64,000 nucleotides of DNA from an uncultured Klebsiella sp. (GTDB lineage: Bacteria; Verrucomicrobiota; Verrucomicrobiia; Opitutales; UBA953), in the NCBI GenBank assembly GCA_964601955.1, contig CAZRPB010000001.1, positions 113 through 64,112 of the forward strand. The letters run 5' to 3'. The notes below the pieces were generated by a model. That model was not told where the DNA came from. It ran no database searches and worked only from the letters and a program-made list of their open reading frames with translations. Shown here in pieces: positions 19,185-27,341 of the stretch. A program made the translations under genes and the position numbers. Each line of letters begins with the position of its first letter. Positions within the stretch are counted from its first letter, which is position 1.

Positions 19185-20046
19185 GCTCTTCGAGGCGGTC
19201 GACGCTGACGACGTAACGGGTCAGCTCGCGGTCGCGCCACCTCTCCTCGTGCGGAACGAGGTAGGCGATGGCGCGCACGCCACGGCCGGCCTCGTCATAT
19301 TCGGCGATGACCGCCCAGAACGCCTCCGGCACGGGGATGCGGCCGAACCTGGAAGGCGCGGCCCCGTAGACCGGCCCCACGACGGCCCAGACCTCGCCGT
19401 AGCGCTCGACGTAGCGCTGGGCGATGCGCAGCTCGAGGTCCTTCCAGAGCCCTGCGTTGAGCGCATGCAGCTGCGGAGCGACGTTGCTCATGAGGAAGGT
19501 CTCGTTCTGCGCGTCCACGCCGTGACAGACCGCGACGGCGTAATTGGGCGCCATGTGCCCGCGGTCGTAGCCGGAGCGCGTGTATTCATCGGTGCGGACC
19601 AGGGCCGAAGTCCGGCGATCGGTGCGGAACGACGACGGCCGCGGAGGCGACTGGCCGGAATGCGGGAAGACGCGGTAGGCCGCCCAACGAGGTCCGGGCA
19701 GGGCGTTGTCATAGCCGACCGAATGGCCCCGGTTGGAAAGGCGCTGCAGGCCCACCCGGTCGAGCGGCTCCCCGTAGGCGCAGACCGACCCGGGGGCGGG
19801 CGGCGGAGCCGGCACCACCTCGCCCTGCACCGACAAGGTGGCGTCCGCCACCCGGTCGAGCCAGCCCACCACACGCCGCGGCGTCTCACCGTCCTCGCGC
19901 ACCCTGTCGACGAGATCGAGCGCCGGCCCTTCAATCGCTTTCTTCCCCGGACGGTCCAGCAGGCCGTAGGCCGCCGCGAGCGCCACGGCGAGAATAACCG
20001 CCGTGAGCGCAAGCCAGCCGATGAGCCTGAGGACGCGGCGGGTCAT
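19102..20046 (-). CDS. membrane-anchored DNA/RNA non-specific endonuclease (His-Me finger, NucA/Serratia family)
   Basis: Motifs DRGHMAPN, SNVAPQ and NAGLWKDLE are present. The N-terminal TM anchor is LIGWLALTAVILAVALAAAY. ATG 20046 overlaps the DUF2752 stop (ATGA). Confidence 0.8.
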   Translation of the reverse strand: MTRRVLRLIGWLALTAVILAVALAAAYGLLDRPGKKAIEGPALDLVDRVREDGETPRRVVGWLDRVADATLSVQGEVVPAPPPAPGSVCAYGEPLDRVGLQRLSNRGHSVGYDNALPGPRWAAYRVFPHSGQSPPRPSSFRTDRRTSALVRTDEYTRSGYDRGHMAPNYAVAVCHGVDAQNETFLMSNVAPQLHALNAGLWKDLELRIAQRYVERYGEVWAVVGPVYGAAPSRFGRIPVPEAFWAVIAEYDEAGRGVRAIAYLVPHEERWRDRELTRYVVSVDRLEELTGLDFFPALSAETQSLLESRRADRAW

Positions 20047-20468
20047 GCCCGGGTGAGATAAAAGACCTGCCAGGCCCAATGCAGGAGGATTCCCGCTGCC
20101 AGACCGCGGCGCAGCCACGAGCGCCCGGACTCATCCATGGCGATCCTCAGGCGCAATGGATCACGGCTGACCAGGACGTACGCGGAGTAGAGCGTCCACA
20201 GGCACAGCCCGAGGACGGTCAGCGTGAAGCCCGGATGGTAGAGCAGGGCCTGCCAAGGATCGAAGGCGACCAGGCAGCGCGCCGAACGCGTGCCGCCGCA
20301 GCCGAGGCAGGGCAGCCCCGTCCACTTCATGAGCAGACAGTCCGGCAGGCTCCACCCGGTGGCGAACCAGACGAAGGCGGCGGCGCCGCCTCCCAGGAAC
20401 GTGGCGCTCCAGACGAGCTCGTGCCTCAGCTCGCCGGGGTAAGGGGGCCTGCGGATCAGGCGCAGCAC
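20043..20468 (-). CDS. DUF2752-like small membrane protein
   Basis: Cys motif GLPCLGCGGTRS plus hydrophobic segments. Confidence 0.6.
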   Translation of the reverse strand: MLRLIRRPPYPGELRHELVWSATFLGGGAAAFVWFATGWSLPDCLLMKWTGLPCLGCGGTRSARCLVAFDPWQALLYHPGFTLTVLGLCLWTLYSAYVLVSRDPLRLRIAMDESGRSWLRRGLAAGILLHWAWQVFYLTRA

Positions 20469-20471
20469 CGG

Positions 20472-21338
20472 TCAGCGGCTCACAAGGAGCCCGAAGAAGC
20501 TGAGCGGAAGGACGCAGCAGCAGGCGCAGAGCACGAACCAGACGAAGCAGGAGATGCCGAACTGCGCCCAGGGATTGACGCCGGTCGCCGCCCCGAACGA
20601 GCGGAAGTAGACCACGCAGAAGGGGATGAAAGTCAGCACGCCCACGATCAGCTGGGCGCGGAGGTCGAAGGCCAGCAGCTGGAAAGGGGCGGCCAGGAGC
20701 AACAACGCGCCGCTGGCCAGCAGCGTGGCGGCCGCCGTGCGCTCGGCCGACACCTTGATCCGGAAGATCCTCTGGCCGACCCAATGGGCGAGGCCGAGGC
20801 CTGCGTAAAAGATCGGGGCGAACGCCAGTCCGATGACCGTCTGGAAAACCATCAGGCCGACCGGAGTCGGCGGGGTCTGCGCCATCTGGTCGGCGAACTC
20901 GTTGAACTGCGGGAGACCGAAGCCCCGGACCATGGAGGCGAGGGCCTCGTTCTGCTGGCCGGCCAGGAAGACGCCGGCCAGATTGAAGGGCGCCGCGAAG
21001 GCCAGGGCCACGTAACAGAAAAGCAGCCAGTCGCCGAAGCCGAGGCGTCCGGTCGACAGGACCGAAGGGTCGAAGATCGCCTGCTTCACGGTCGCGAAGA
21101 ACGAACCGGCGGACTTGCCCCGCTCCCAGGCAATCTCGGACGTGACGGCGGGCGCGGCCGGGGCGGCGGGCGAAACAGCGGCGAACTCGGGCCACTCGCC
21201 GAGCGCCTTCCATTCCGCCATGCCCTCGCGCCAGGCCAGGTCCGCGGCGTTGAAACGCCCGGCCGCCAGTCCGGCGCGCACCTCGTCATCGGTGAAGACG
21301 CCGAGCTGGGCGCCTTTGCGGGCGATGTGGATCTGCAT
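20472..21338 (-). CDS. GYF_2 (DUF4339) domain protein with Yip1-like polytopic membrane domain
   Basis: The N-terminal ~55 aa (IHIARKGAQLGVFTDDEVRAGLAAGRFNAADLAWREGMAEWKALGEWPEF) are GYF_2-like. A Pro/Ala linker and about 5 TM segments follow. Confidence 0.6.
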   Translation of the reverse strand: MQIHIARKGAQLGVFTDDEVRAGLAAGRFNAADLAWREGMAEWKALGEWPEFAAVSPAAPAAPAVTSEIAWERGKSAGSFFATVKQAIFDPSVLSTGRLGFGDWLLFCYVALAFAAPFNLAGVFLAGQQNEALASMVRGFGLPQFNEFADQMAQTPPTPVGLMVFQTVIGLAFAPIFYAGLGLAHWVGQRIFRIKVSAERTAAATLLASGALLLLAAPFQLLAFDLRAQLIVGVLTFIPFCVVYFRSFGAATGVNPWAQFGISCFVWFVLCACCCVLPLSFFGLLVSR

Positions 21339-21350
21339 GGGAAGAGGACG

Positions 21351-22199
21351 TCAGAACTTGCCGGCGAGCGATGCGATGAGGAGGGAGTAGATTCCGCAGA
21401 CGCAGCAGCAGGGGACGAGGACGAGGGAGATCGCCACCTTCCACCAGACGATCCGGTGCACGCGTGAATGCGCGATGACCGCGGCGACCACCTGCCAGGG
21501 ACCGACCACGTAATTCACGCAAGGAATGAAGGCGAAGGGCATGAACGCTCCGTAAGCGTAGGCCTGGGCCCGGTAAGTCTGGGCGTATCCGCCCTTCGGA
21601 TTCCAGGGCAGCAGGAGCAGATGGGCCACGGCGGCGCCGACGAAATTGAAGAGCGGCAGGAGAAGGAAAATGAAGGCCAGGATGGCCGCGGCGGCCGCGG
21701 CGGCGACGGCGGGGCCGATGTCGGTGATGAGCTTGCCCACTGGGTCGTTGTTCAGACCGGTGCCACCATCATGGGAGGCGAGACTGGCCATGAAGAAAAT
21801 CAGGCCGCCGTAAAGCGCGCTGCCGCAGAGCCAGGCGGGAAAGAGGGAGGCGTAGGTGAACGAGATGGGCCGGCTGAAGCCGCCTTCACGCATCCCGTCA
21901 AACGTGCGCACCGGATCGAGCGCCACCTCCCTGATGGTGGCGAAGAAGTGGGCGAAGGATGCGCCGCGCTCCCAAGAGGGCAGCGGCGGCTGTTCGGCGG
22001 AGCCGCCGGGGAAGCCCGGGGACGGCGGGGGCACCGCGCCCGCGAACTCGGGCCACTCGCCGAGCGCCTTCCATTCCGCCATGCCCTCCCGCCACGCCAG
22101 ATCGGTCGTGATGAAGCGGCCGGTCGCCAGCCCGGCGCGGACCTCCTCAGGCTTGAAGGTCCCGAGCGAGACGGACTTCCGGGCGACATGGATTTCCAT
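21351..22199 (-). CDS. GYF_2 (DUF4339) domain protein with polytopic membrane domain (paralog of 20472-21338)
   Basis: Same architecture as its neighbour. The N-terminal domain is nearly identical to the neighbour (DLAWREGMAEWKALGEWPEFA shared). Confidence 0.6.
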   Translation of the reverse strand: MEIHVARKSVSLGTFKPEEVRAGLATGRFITTDLAWREGMAEWKALGEWPEFAGAVPPPSPGFPGGSAEQPPLPSWERGASFAHFFATIREVALDPVRTFDGMREGGFSRPISFTYASLFPAWLCGSALYGGLIFFMASLASHDGGTGLNNDPVGKLITDIGPAVAAAAAAAILAFIFLLLPLFNFVGAAVAHLLLLPWNPKGGYAQTYRAQAYAYGAFMPFAFIPCVNYVVGPWQVVAAVIAHSRVHRIVWWKVAISLVLVPCCCVCGIYSLLIASLAGKF

Positions 22200-22247
22200 G
22201 GGCGGAGCAAACCGATGTCAGGCCGCAGGAGCAAGCCCGGGAGAAAG

Positions 22248-22325
22248 TGGCGAGGGGGGCGGGACTCGAACCCGCGACCCGCAGCTTAGAAGGCTGCTGC
22301 TCTGATCCGACTGAGCTACCCCCTC
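22248..22325 (-). tRNA. tRNA-Arg (anticodon UCU)
   Basis: The reverse complement folds as a cloverleaf. Acceptor GAGGGGG/CCCCCTC, anticodon stem GCAGC/GCTGC with loop CTTCTAA, T-arm GCGGG-TTCGAGT-CCCGC, and an encoded CCA. Confidence 0.85.
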
Positions 22326-22374
22326 GTGGGACCGAGGATGCCCCCGGCGAGGGGCGGGGCAAGCCTCGGAGAAG

Positions 22375-23334
22375 TCAGCAGACCAGGTCTCTGAAGCCCG
22401 TGAAGTCGGCCGAGAGCCCGCCGGGCAGGCCCTTGTTGATGACCGAAACGGCGTCGTGGGAATGCAGCGACTCCAGGTGCGAGCAGGCGACGACGAAGTC
22501 GCGCACGCGGAGGTCGGCGTCGAAGCGTTCGAACACGAGACGGGCGGCGTCCTCGACGAACTTGGAGTAGGCGCCGTTGAGCTCGGCGAAGGCCTGCTCG
22601 TCCTCGCGCTTCACCATGACCTGCGTCTCGGTCTGGAGGGCGGCCAGGGCGAGGTCCTTCATGTCCTCGACGAACAGGCTGCGTCCGGGAGCCACCTCGG
22701 CGACGATGCGGGACTTGGAGCGCTGGGAATGGGGGATGCCGTAGGCGGAACGCTCCTCACGGGCGTGCTCGGTGAGCTCCGCAGAGCAGGGGCAGGCGGA
22801 GGAGTACACGAAGTCGAAATGCACGTAGCGGCGGAGACGGTCGAGGTCGTCGACCGTGCCTTCGAGGACCGCGCGGTAGTACTGCCAGCCTTCGAGGCCG
22901 GAGCGCAGGGACTTCTGCAGGATCGGGTAGCGGAACTCGACCAGGATGCGGGCTCGGCTGCAGCCGAGCTCCTTCTTGTAGCGGAGCAGGACCTCCTCGA
23001 GCAGCTCATGGGACATCACGCGGTCCTTGAACTCGTAGAAGACGCGCATGATACGGGACATGTTGATGCCCTTGCGGTCGGCGCCGAGGGACACCGTGCC
23101 GGTGACCGAGCACTCCAGGAGCACGGGCCGTCCTTCACGCGACGCCACGGACATGGGCAGGCGGAAGCCCGAGATGCCGACGTGCTGGATGGGCACGTTG
23201 GCACCCTGGATCTGGGAGCCGTCGGTGTTCTGCATGTCCGGCAGCGTGGCGCGGTAGGCGTCATCCGCGCGGAAGGCCCGGTCGTAACGACGGCTGAGGT
23301 CGCGGCTGCGGGGAGGATGCTTGGCTCGGCTCAT
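22375..23334 (-). CDS. folE2: GTP cyclohydrolase FolE2 (type IB)
   Basis: LPDMQ.., [14 protein letters not shown] and [12 protein letters not shown] are characteristic of FolE2/MptA. ATG 23334 was chosen because the longer track ORF would run into the tRNA-Thr gene. Confidence 0.85.
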   Translation of the reverse strand: MSRAKHPPRSRDLSRRYDRAFRADDAYRATLPDMQNTDGSQIQGANVPIQHVGISGFRLPMSVASREGRPVLLECSVTGTVSLGADRKGINMSRIMRVFYEFKDRVMSHELLEEVLLRYKKELGCSRARILVEFRYPILQKSLRSGLEGWQYYRAVLEGTVDDLDRLRRYVHFDFVYSSACPCSAELTEHAREERSAYGIPHSQRSKSRIVAEVAPGRSLFVEDMKDLALAALQTETQVMVKREDEQAFAELNGAYSKFVEDAARLVFERFDADLRVRDFVVACSHLESLHSHDAVSVINKGLPGGLSADFTGFRDLVC

Positions 23335-23397
23335 GCTGGGAGGGAGGGAGGTTTGCCGGTCGACGCAAGCCGGCCGGAATGAAAAGGCCCTCCGTGC

Positions 23398-23473
23398 TGG
23401 AGCCACCTGCCGGACTTGAACCGGCGACATTCTCATTACGAATGAGACGCTCTACCAACTGAGCTAAGGTGGC
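23398..23473 (-). tRNA. tRNA-Thr (anticodon CGU)
   Basis: The reverse complement is GCCACCTTAGCTCAGTTGGTAGAGCGTCTCATTCGTAATGAGAATGTCGCCGGTTCAAGTCCGGCAGGTGGCTCCA. The anticodon loop is TTCGTAA and the cloverleaf is canonical. Confidence 0.85.
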
Positions 23474-23581
23474 GGCACGAAGGAAGGATGAACGTGGGCG
23501 GTCCGGGCGGGGAAGGCAAGCCTTGGCGAAGGCCGAATGCCCTCGCCAGACGGCCGCGGCGGGGCAGATTGGGGCCGTCCC

Positions 23582-24688
23582 ATGCGCGCAGCCCTCATCG
23601 CAAGGCAGTTCGACGTCCAGGGCCGGCTGGTCACCGTCGAGCCCTACGGCTCGGGCAACGTCAACGACACCTACCTGGCGATCTTCCGCACGACGTTCTC
23701 CGAGCAGCGCTTCATCGTGCAGCGCGTGCGCAAGTCGGTCTTCCCGGATCCTGAGGCCATCATGCAGAACATGCGCGCGCTGACCGACCACTGCCATGCG
23801 CGGCTCGAGGCCGAGGCCGATCGCTCGGACCGCATCTGGCAGCTCCCCAAGATCATCCAGACCAAGGCGGGCGAGGACTGGGTGACCGACGCCGACGGAG
23901 ACCTCTGGCGCGCCATCTCTCAGATCGCGAGCGCCAACGCCCACGAGCGCGTGCAGAATCCCGAGCACGCCCACGAGGTCGGCTTCGTGCTCGGGCACTT
24001 CCACCGGATGGTGAGCGACCTCGAGCCGTCGCGCCTGCGCTACGCCCTGCCCGGCTTCCACGTCACCCCCGGCTACCTCGCCAAGCTCGACGAGGCCCTG
24101 GCCACGCGGGCCGGCCAGGAACGTCTCGAAGCCTCGCCCGAGGCCCGCCGCGCGGTGCGGTTCGTCGAGGAACGCCGCGGCCGCTGCCGCGTGCTGCAGG
24201 ACGCGCTGGACGCCGGACGTCTCAGGCTGCGGACGACGCACGGCGACCCCAAGGTCGGCAACGTGATGATCGACGAGGCCACCGGCCGCGGAACCTGCAT
24301 CGTCGACCTCGACACGGTGCAGCCGGGACTGGTGCACTATGACATCGGCGACGCGACACGGTCGGCCTGCAACCCGGCCGGCGAGGACGCCCAGGACCTG
24401 TCATCGGTCATCTTCGACACCGACCTCTTCACCGCCATCTACCGGGGCTATCTGAAGCACGCGCGCGAGTTCCTCAGCGAGGAGGACCACCGCCGTCTCT
24501 TCGACTGCGTGCATCTCATCCCGCTCGAGCTCGGAATCCGTTTCCTCGCCGACCACCTCGCCGGCGACGTCTACTTCAAGGTGCGGCACCCGGGCCACAA
24601 CCTGCGGCGCGCGCTGGTGCAGTTCAAGCTGACGGAGAGCATCGAGGCGCGCGAAGGACGCATCCTCAAGGTGCTGGGAGAGCGCTGA
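23582..24688 (+). CDS. APH-fold sugar anomeric kinase, N-acetylhexosamine 1-kinase (NahK)-like
   Basis: EPYGSGNVNDTYL, the catalytic block THGDPKVGNVMID..IVDLDT and the C-terminal IRFLADHLAGDVYFKVRHPGHNL resemble NahK/LnpB as I remember it. Not computed. Confidence 0.55.
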   Translation: MRAALIARQFDVQGRLVTVEPYGSGNVNDTYLAIFRTTFSEQRFIVQRVRKSVFPDPEAIMQNMRALTDHCHARLEAEADRSDRIWQLPKIIQTKAGEDWVTDADGDLWRAISQIASANAHERVQNPEHAHEVGFVLGHFHRMVSDLEPSRLRYALPGFHVTPGYLAKLDEALATRAGQERLEASPEARRAVRFVEERRGRCRVLQDALDAGRLRLRTTHGDPKVGNVMIDEATGRGTCIVDLDTVQPGLVHYDIGDATRSACNPAGEDAQDLSSVIFDTDLFTAIYRGYLKHAREFLSEEDHRRLFDCVHLIPLELGIRFLADHLAGDVYFKVRHPGHNLRRALVQFKLTESIEAREGRILKVLGER

Positions 24689-24691
24689 TCC

Positions 24692-25498
24692 ATGGAACCG
24701 GCCTTCCCCGCCTCCGCTTACGTCGCCCTGGCCCTGCTGCTCGGCCTGATGATCCGGGGCGCCTGGCGAGGCTACCGGCGCGGCCCCTTGCGTCAGCTGG
24801 CCGGCCCGGCCGCGCTCACCGCCGGCATCACCGCAGGCTGGGCCTTCGGGCCGGAGGCCGGACACGCGGCGCTCGAGGGCTCGGACTTTCCGTGGCTGCT
24901 CAGGGGCGCGGCCGGAATCTGCGTCCTCGGCGCCGTCGCGGGGCTGATGACCTATTCGGCCTGTTGGTGGCTGGGACGCAGGCCGGAGGGCTCGGACGAG
25001 GCTGAAAGTCCGGTGGCAGGCGCATTCGTCGGTTGCTGGACCGGCATCATGTACTTCGTCCTTTTGGTGATGACCCTGTTTTCATGGGCCTCCATCGAGG
25101 AATGCCTGCAGGGACCGACAGAGGGCGAGGCCTGGCCCGTCAGAATCCGCAAAGAACTGATAGAAAGTGGTTTGGCTTCGGAACTCAGGGACTGGTCCCC
25201 CATCCCTGACCGGCATCGCATCCTGATTTCTCGTTCTCGCCGAGTGATGGCGGATCCCGCGGCGAGACGGAGACTCATGGCGATGCCCGAAATCCGGGGC
25301 CTGGCCTCACACCCGACAGTCTACCAAGCATGGCAAGATGCTGATATTCGTAAAGCATTGAATAATAATGATTTAAATAAGTTAATCGACCACCCAAAAG
25401 TGCGCGCCGCCTTGGCGGATGAAGCCCTGCAGCGGGAGATCGAGAAGGTGGACTTGGCCGGCTTGATGGGCAAAGCATTGGAAAAGCCCCAAAAGTAA
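24692..25498 (+). CDS. CvpA-like membrane protein with soluble C-terminal extension
   Basis: Four hydrophobic segments in the first ~150 aa, followed by a charged helical tail. The family call is weak. Confidence 0.4.
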   Translation: MEPAFPASAYVALALLLGLMIRGAWRGYRRGPLRQLAGPAALTAGITAGWAFGPEAGHAALEGSDFPWLLRGAAGICVLGAVAGLMTYSACWWLGRRPEGSDEAESPVAGAFVGCWTGIMYFVLLVMTLFSWASIEECLQGPTEGEAWPVRIRKELIESGLASELRDWSPIPDRHRILISRSRRVMADPAARRRLMAMPEIRGLASHPTVYQAWQDADIRKALNNNDLNKLIDHPKVRAALADEALQREIEKVDLAGLMGKALEKPQK

Positions 25499-25570
25499 GG
25501 TCTGGGCGTATTTTTTTGTAGAGCCCGGGGAGGTTCTCGTTATTTTCAACCCTCCCGTCCCTACGAATCC

Positions 25571-26398
25571 ATGAAGAAGCTGACCGCATTCCTCTGCCTC
25601 TGCGCCTTGTCCGCGACGGCACAGGAGACCAAGCCTGCCGATGCCAAGCCGGCGGACCCCAAGGCCGCCCAGGTCGAGGTGCTCGAGGTCGAAGGCAAGC
25701 GCTTCGTCCTCGTACGCAACTTCGCAGCCGTGGAGGACTTCGCCAACTTCGAGCGGAATGTCCAGGTCATCAACCAGAAGCGTCAGGAAGCCCAGCAGGT
25801 CCAGCAGCTGGCGCAGATCGCCCTGACGACCCCCGAGCGCGAGGCCCGGAGCAAGGAGTTCGAGGCCAAGCTGGCCGTGCTGCAGTCCGACAACGCGACC
25901 ATGGCCAAGAACTACGGCTTCGACCTGAGCCGCCAGTACCTCGTGGTGCAGACCAAGCTCAACGTGCTTTCCGCCCTTTCCAACGAGGAATACATCAAGC
26001 TCGCCGCCGACAAGGAGTTTAAGTCCGAGTCGGTCGTCAACGCCGGCGACAAGAAGTTCCTCAACCGAGGCTCCGTCAGCGGCGCCGTGGAAGTCGAGGC
26101 CTTCAAGCTCCAGGTGCAGCGCGTCATGGAGACCCGCCGCGCGCTGCAGCAACTCGTCGACCTCCAGCCCCGCCTCACCAAAGACGCGGACAAGAAGAAG
26201 GTCGAGGACGCCGTCAAGAACGCCCAGGGCGAGGTGAACGCCGCGCTCGAGGAGTTCAAGAAATCCCGCGGCTACGACCTGCCCGGCGAAATCACGCTCC
26301 AGACGGCCGAGGCCAAGCTCTACACCCTGCTCTCGGACGAGGAGAGCAAGCGCCTGAGCGACCAGACTCCGGCCAAGAAGGACGAAGAGAAGAAGTGA
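25571..26398 (+). CDS. secreted coiled-coil protein, unknown function (paralog A)
   Basis: Signal peptide MKKLTAFLCLCALSATAQE is followed by two ~110-aa helical repeats and a Lys/Glu tail. Confidence 0.6.
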   Translation: MKKLTAFLCLCALSATAQETKPADAKPADPKAAQVEVLEVEGKRFVLVRNFAAVEDFANFERNVQVINQKRQEAQQVQQLAQIALTTPEREARSKEFEAKLAVLQSDNATMAKNYGFDLSRQYLVVQTKLNVLSALSNEEYIKLAADKEFKSESVVNAGDKKFLNRGSVSGAVEVEAFKLQVQRVMETRRALQQLVDLQPRLTKDADKKKVEDAVKNAQGEVNAALEEFKKSRGYDLPGEITLQTAEAKLYTLLSDEESKRLSDQTPAKKDEEKK

Positions 26399-26429
26399 AC
26401 CCTTTCCCAGACACCCCAACCCATCAGAC

Positions 26430-27290
26430 ATGAGCACCACCGCCACCCCTGAAGCTCCCGCCGAAGCCCCCAAGGGCCCGGTCATCGAGATCCTCCCGCT
26501 CGGCCAGAACCTCGGCCGCGTCGCCCTGACCCTCACCGGTCAGGACGCGATCGTGCGTTTCCAGCAGGAGCTCAACGCGCACGGCCAGCAGTTCGGCCGG
26601 CTCCGTCAGCTGCAGCAGCGCCAGCAGACGGCCCTGACCACGCCGGAGAAGGACGCCCTCGCCAAGGTCCTCGAGACCGAGGTGAAGGACTTCAACGAGA
26701 AGGACGCGATCTTCGCCCGGCGCTACTTCAGCCTTCCGCTCATCGCGGACCGCCAGACGGCGCTGGTGAACACCAAGCTCCGCCTGCACGCCGTGGTGAA
26801 CGAGGAGGAGGCCGCCAAGGCCCGGGCCGCCAAGGACTTCAAGGAGGAGGACCTCGTCGTGCGCGGTGAACGCCGCCTGCTCCGCGTGGCCGACCTGCTC
26901 AGCCTCGACGCCATCGTGATGTTCGAGCGTTTCGCCAAGGAGCTACAGGCTCGCCGCGACGCCTTCGTGCAGTTGCGCTCCATGCACGAGCGCGCGACTG
27001 CCGAGGAGGAGAAGAAGAAGCTCAAGGACCTGCTCGACCAGGCCGCCCAGGCCCTCGACAAGGGCAATCAGGAGATGGCCCAGAGCGTCGGATACTCCAT
27101 CACCCACAACTACGAGGTCGAAGTCCTCGAGGGCAAGTTCGTGATCCTGCTCAACCAGGAGGAAGTGAACACGGTCGTAGGCGCCATCCAGCAGCAGCAG
27201 GCCGGCCAGCAGGCCGCCCCCGCCGCCGCGGCCGAAGCCCCCAAGGCCGAGGCTCCGAAGGCCGAGAAGAAGGCGGAGAAGAAGAACTGA
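26430..27290 (+). CDS. coiled-coil protein, unknown function (paralog B, no signal peptide)
   Basis: Homologous to paralog A (ALTTPEKDALAKV.. versus ALTTPEREARSKE..). The N-terminus is hydrophilic and the C-terminus carries a KAEAPKAEKKAEKK tail. Confidence 0.6.
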   Translation: MSTTATPEAPAEAPKGPVIEILPLGQNLGRVALTLTGQDAIVRFQQELNAHGQQFGRLRQLQQRQQTALTTPEKDALAKVLETEVKDFNEKDAIFARRYFSLPLIADRQTALVNTKLRLHAVVNEEEAAKARAAKDFKEEDLVVRGERRLLRVADLLSLDAIVMFERFAKELQARRDAFVQLRSMHERATAEEEKKKLKDLLDQAAQALDKGNQEMAQSVGYSITHNYEVEVLEGKFVILLNQEEVNTVVGAIQQQQAGQQAAPAAAAEAPKAEAPKAEKKAEKKN

Positions 27291-27311
27291 CCGCCGCTTC
27301 TCCCGCGCATC

Positions 27312-27341
27312 GAGGCCCGCCATAAGGCGGGCCTCTTCGTT
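27312..27341 (+). terminator. rho-independent terminator after paralog B
   Basis: GAGGCCCGCC-ATAA-GGCGGGCCTC followed by TTCGTTT. Confidence 0.55.

Noticed and set aside
23335-23397. Looked for a copy of the znuA-type palindrome (Zur box) upstream of folE2.
   Set aside because: No GTTGCAAAT-like half-site is present in the 64-nt upstream region.
19102-23473. Possible genomic island integrated next to tRNA-Arg or tRNA-Thr.
   Set aside because: No integrase or recombinase gene is present and I could not see a direct repeat of a tRNA 3' end. Composition and codon usage look native. The tRNAs appear to be ordinary neighbours.
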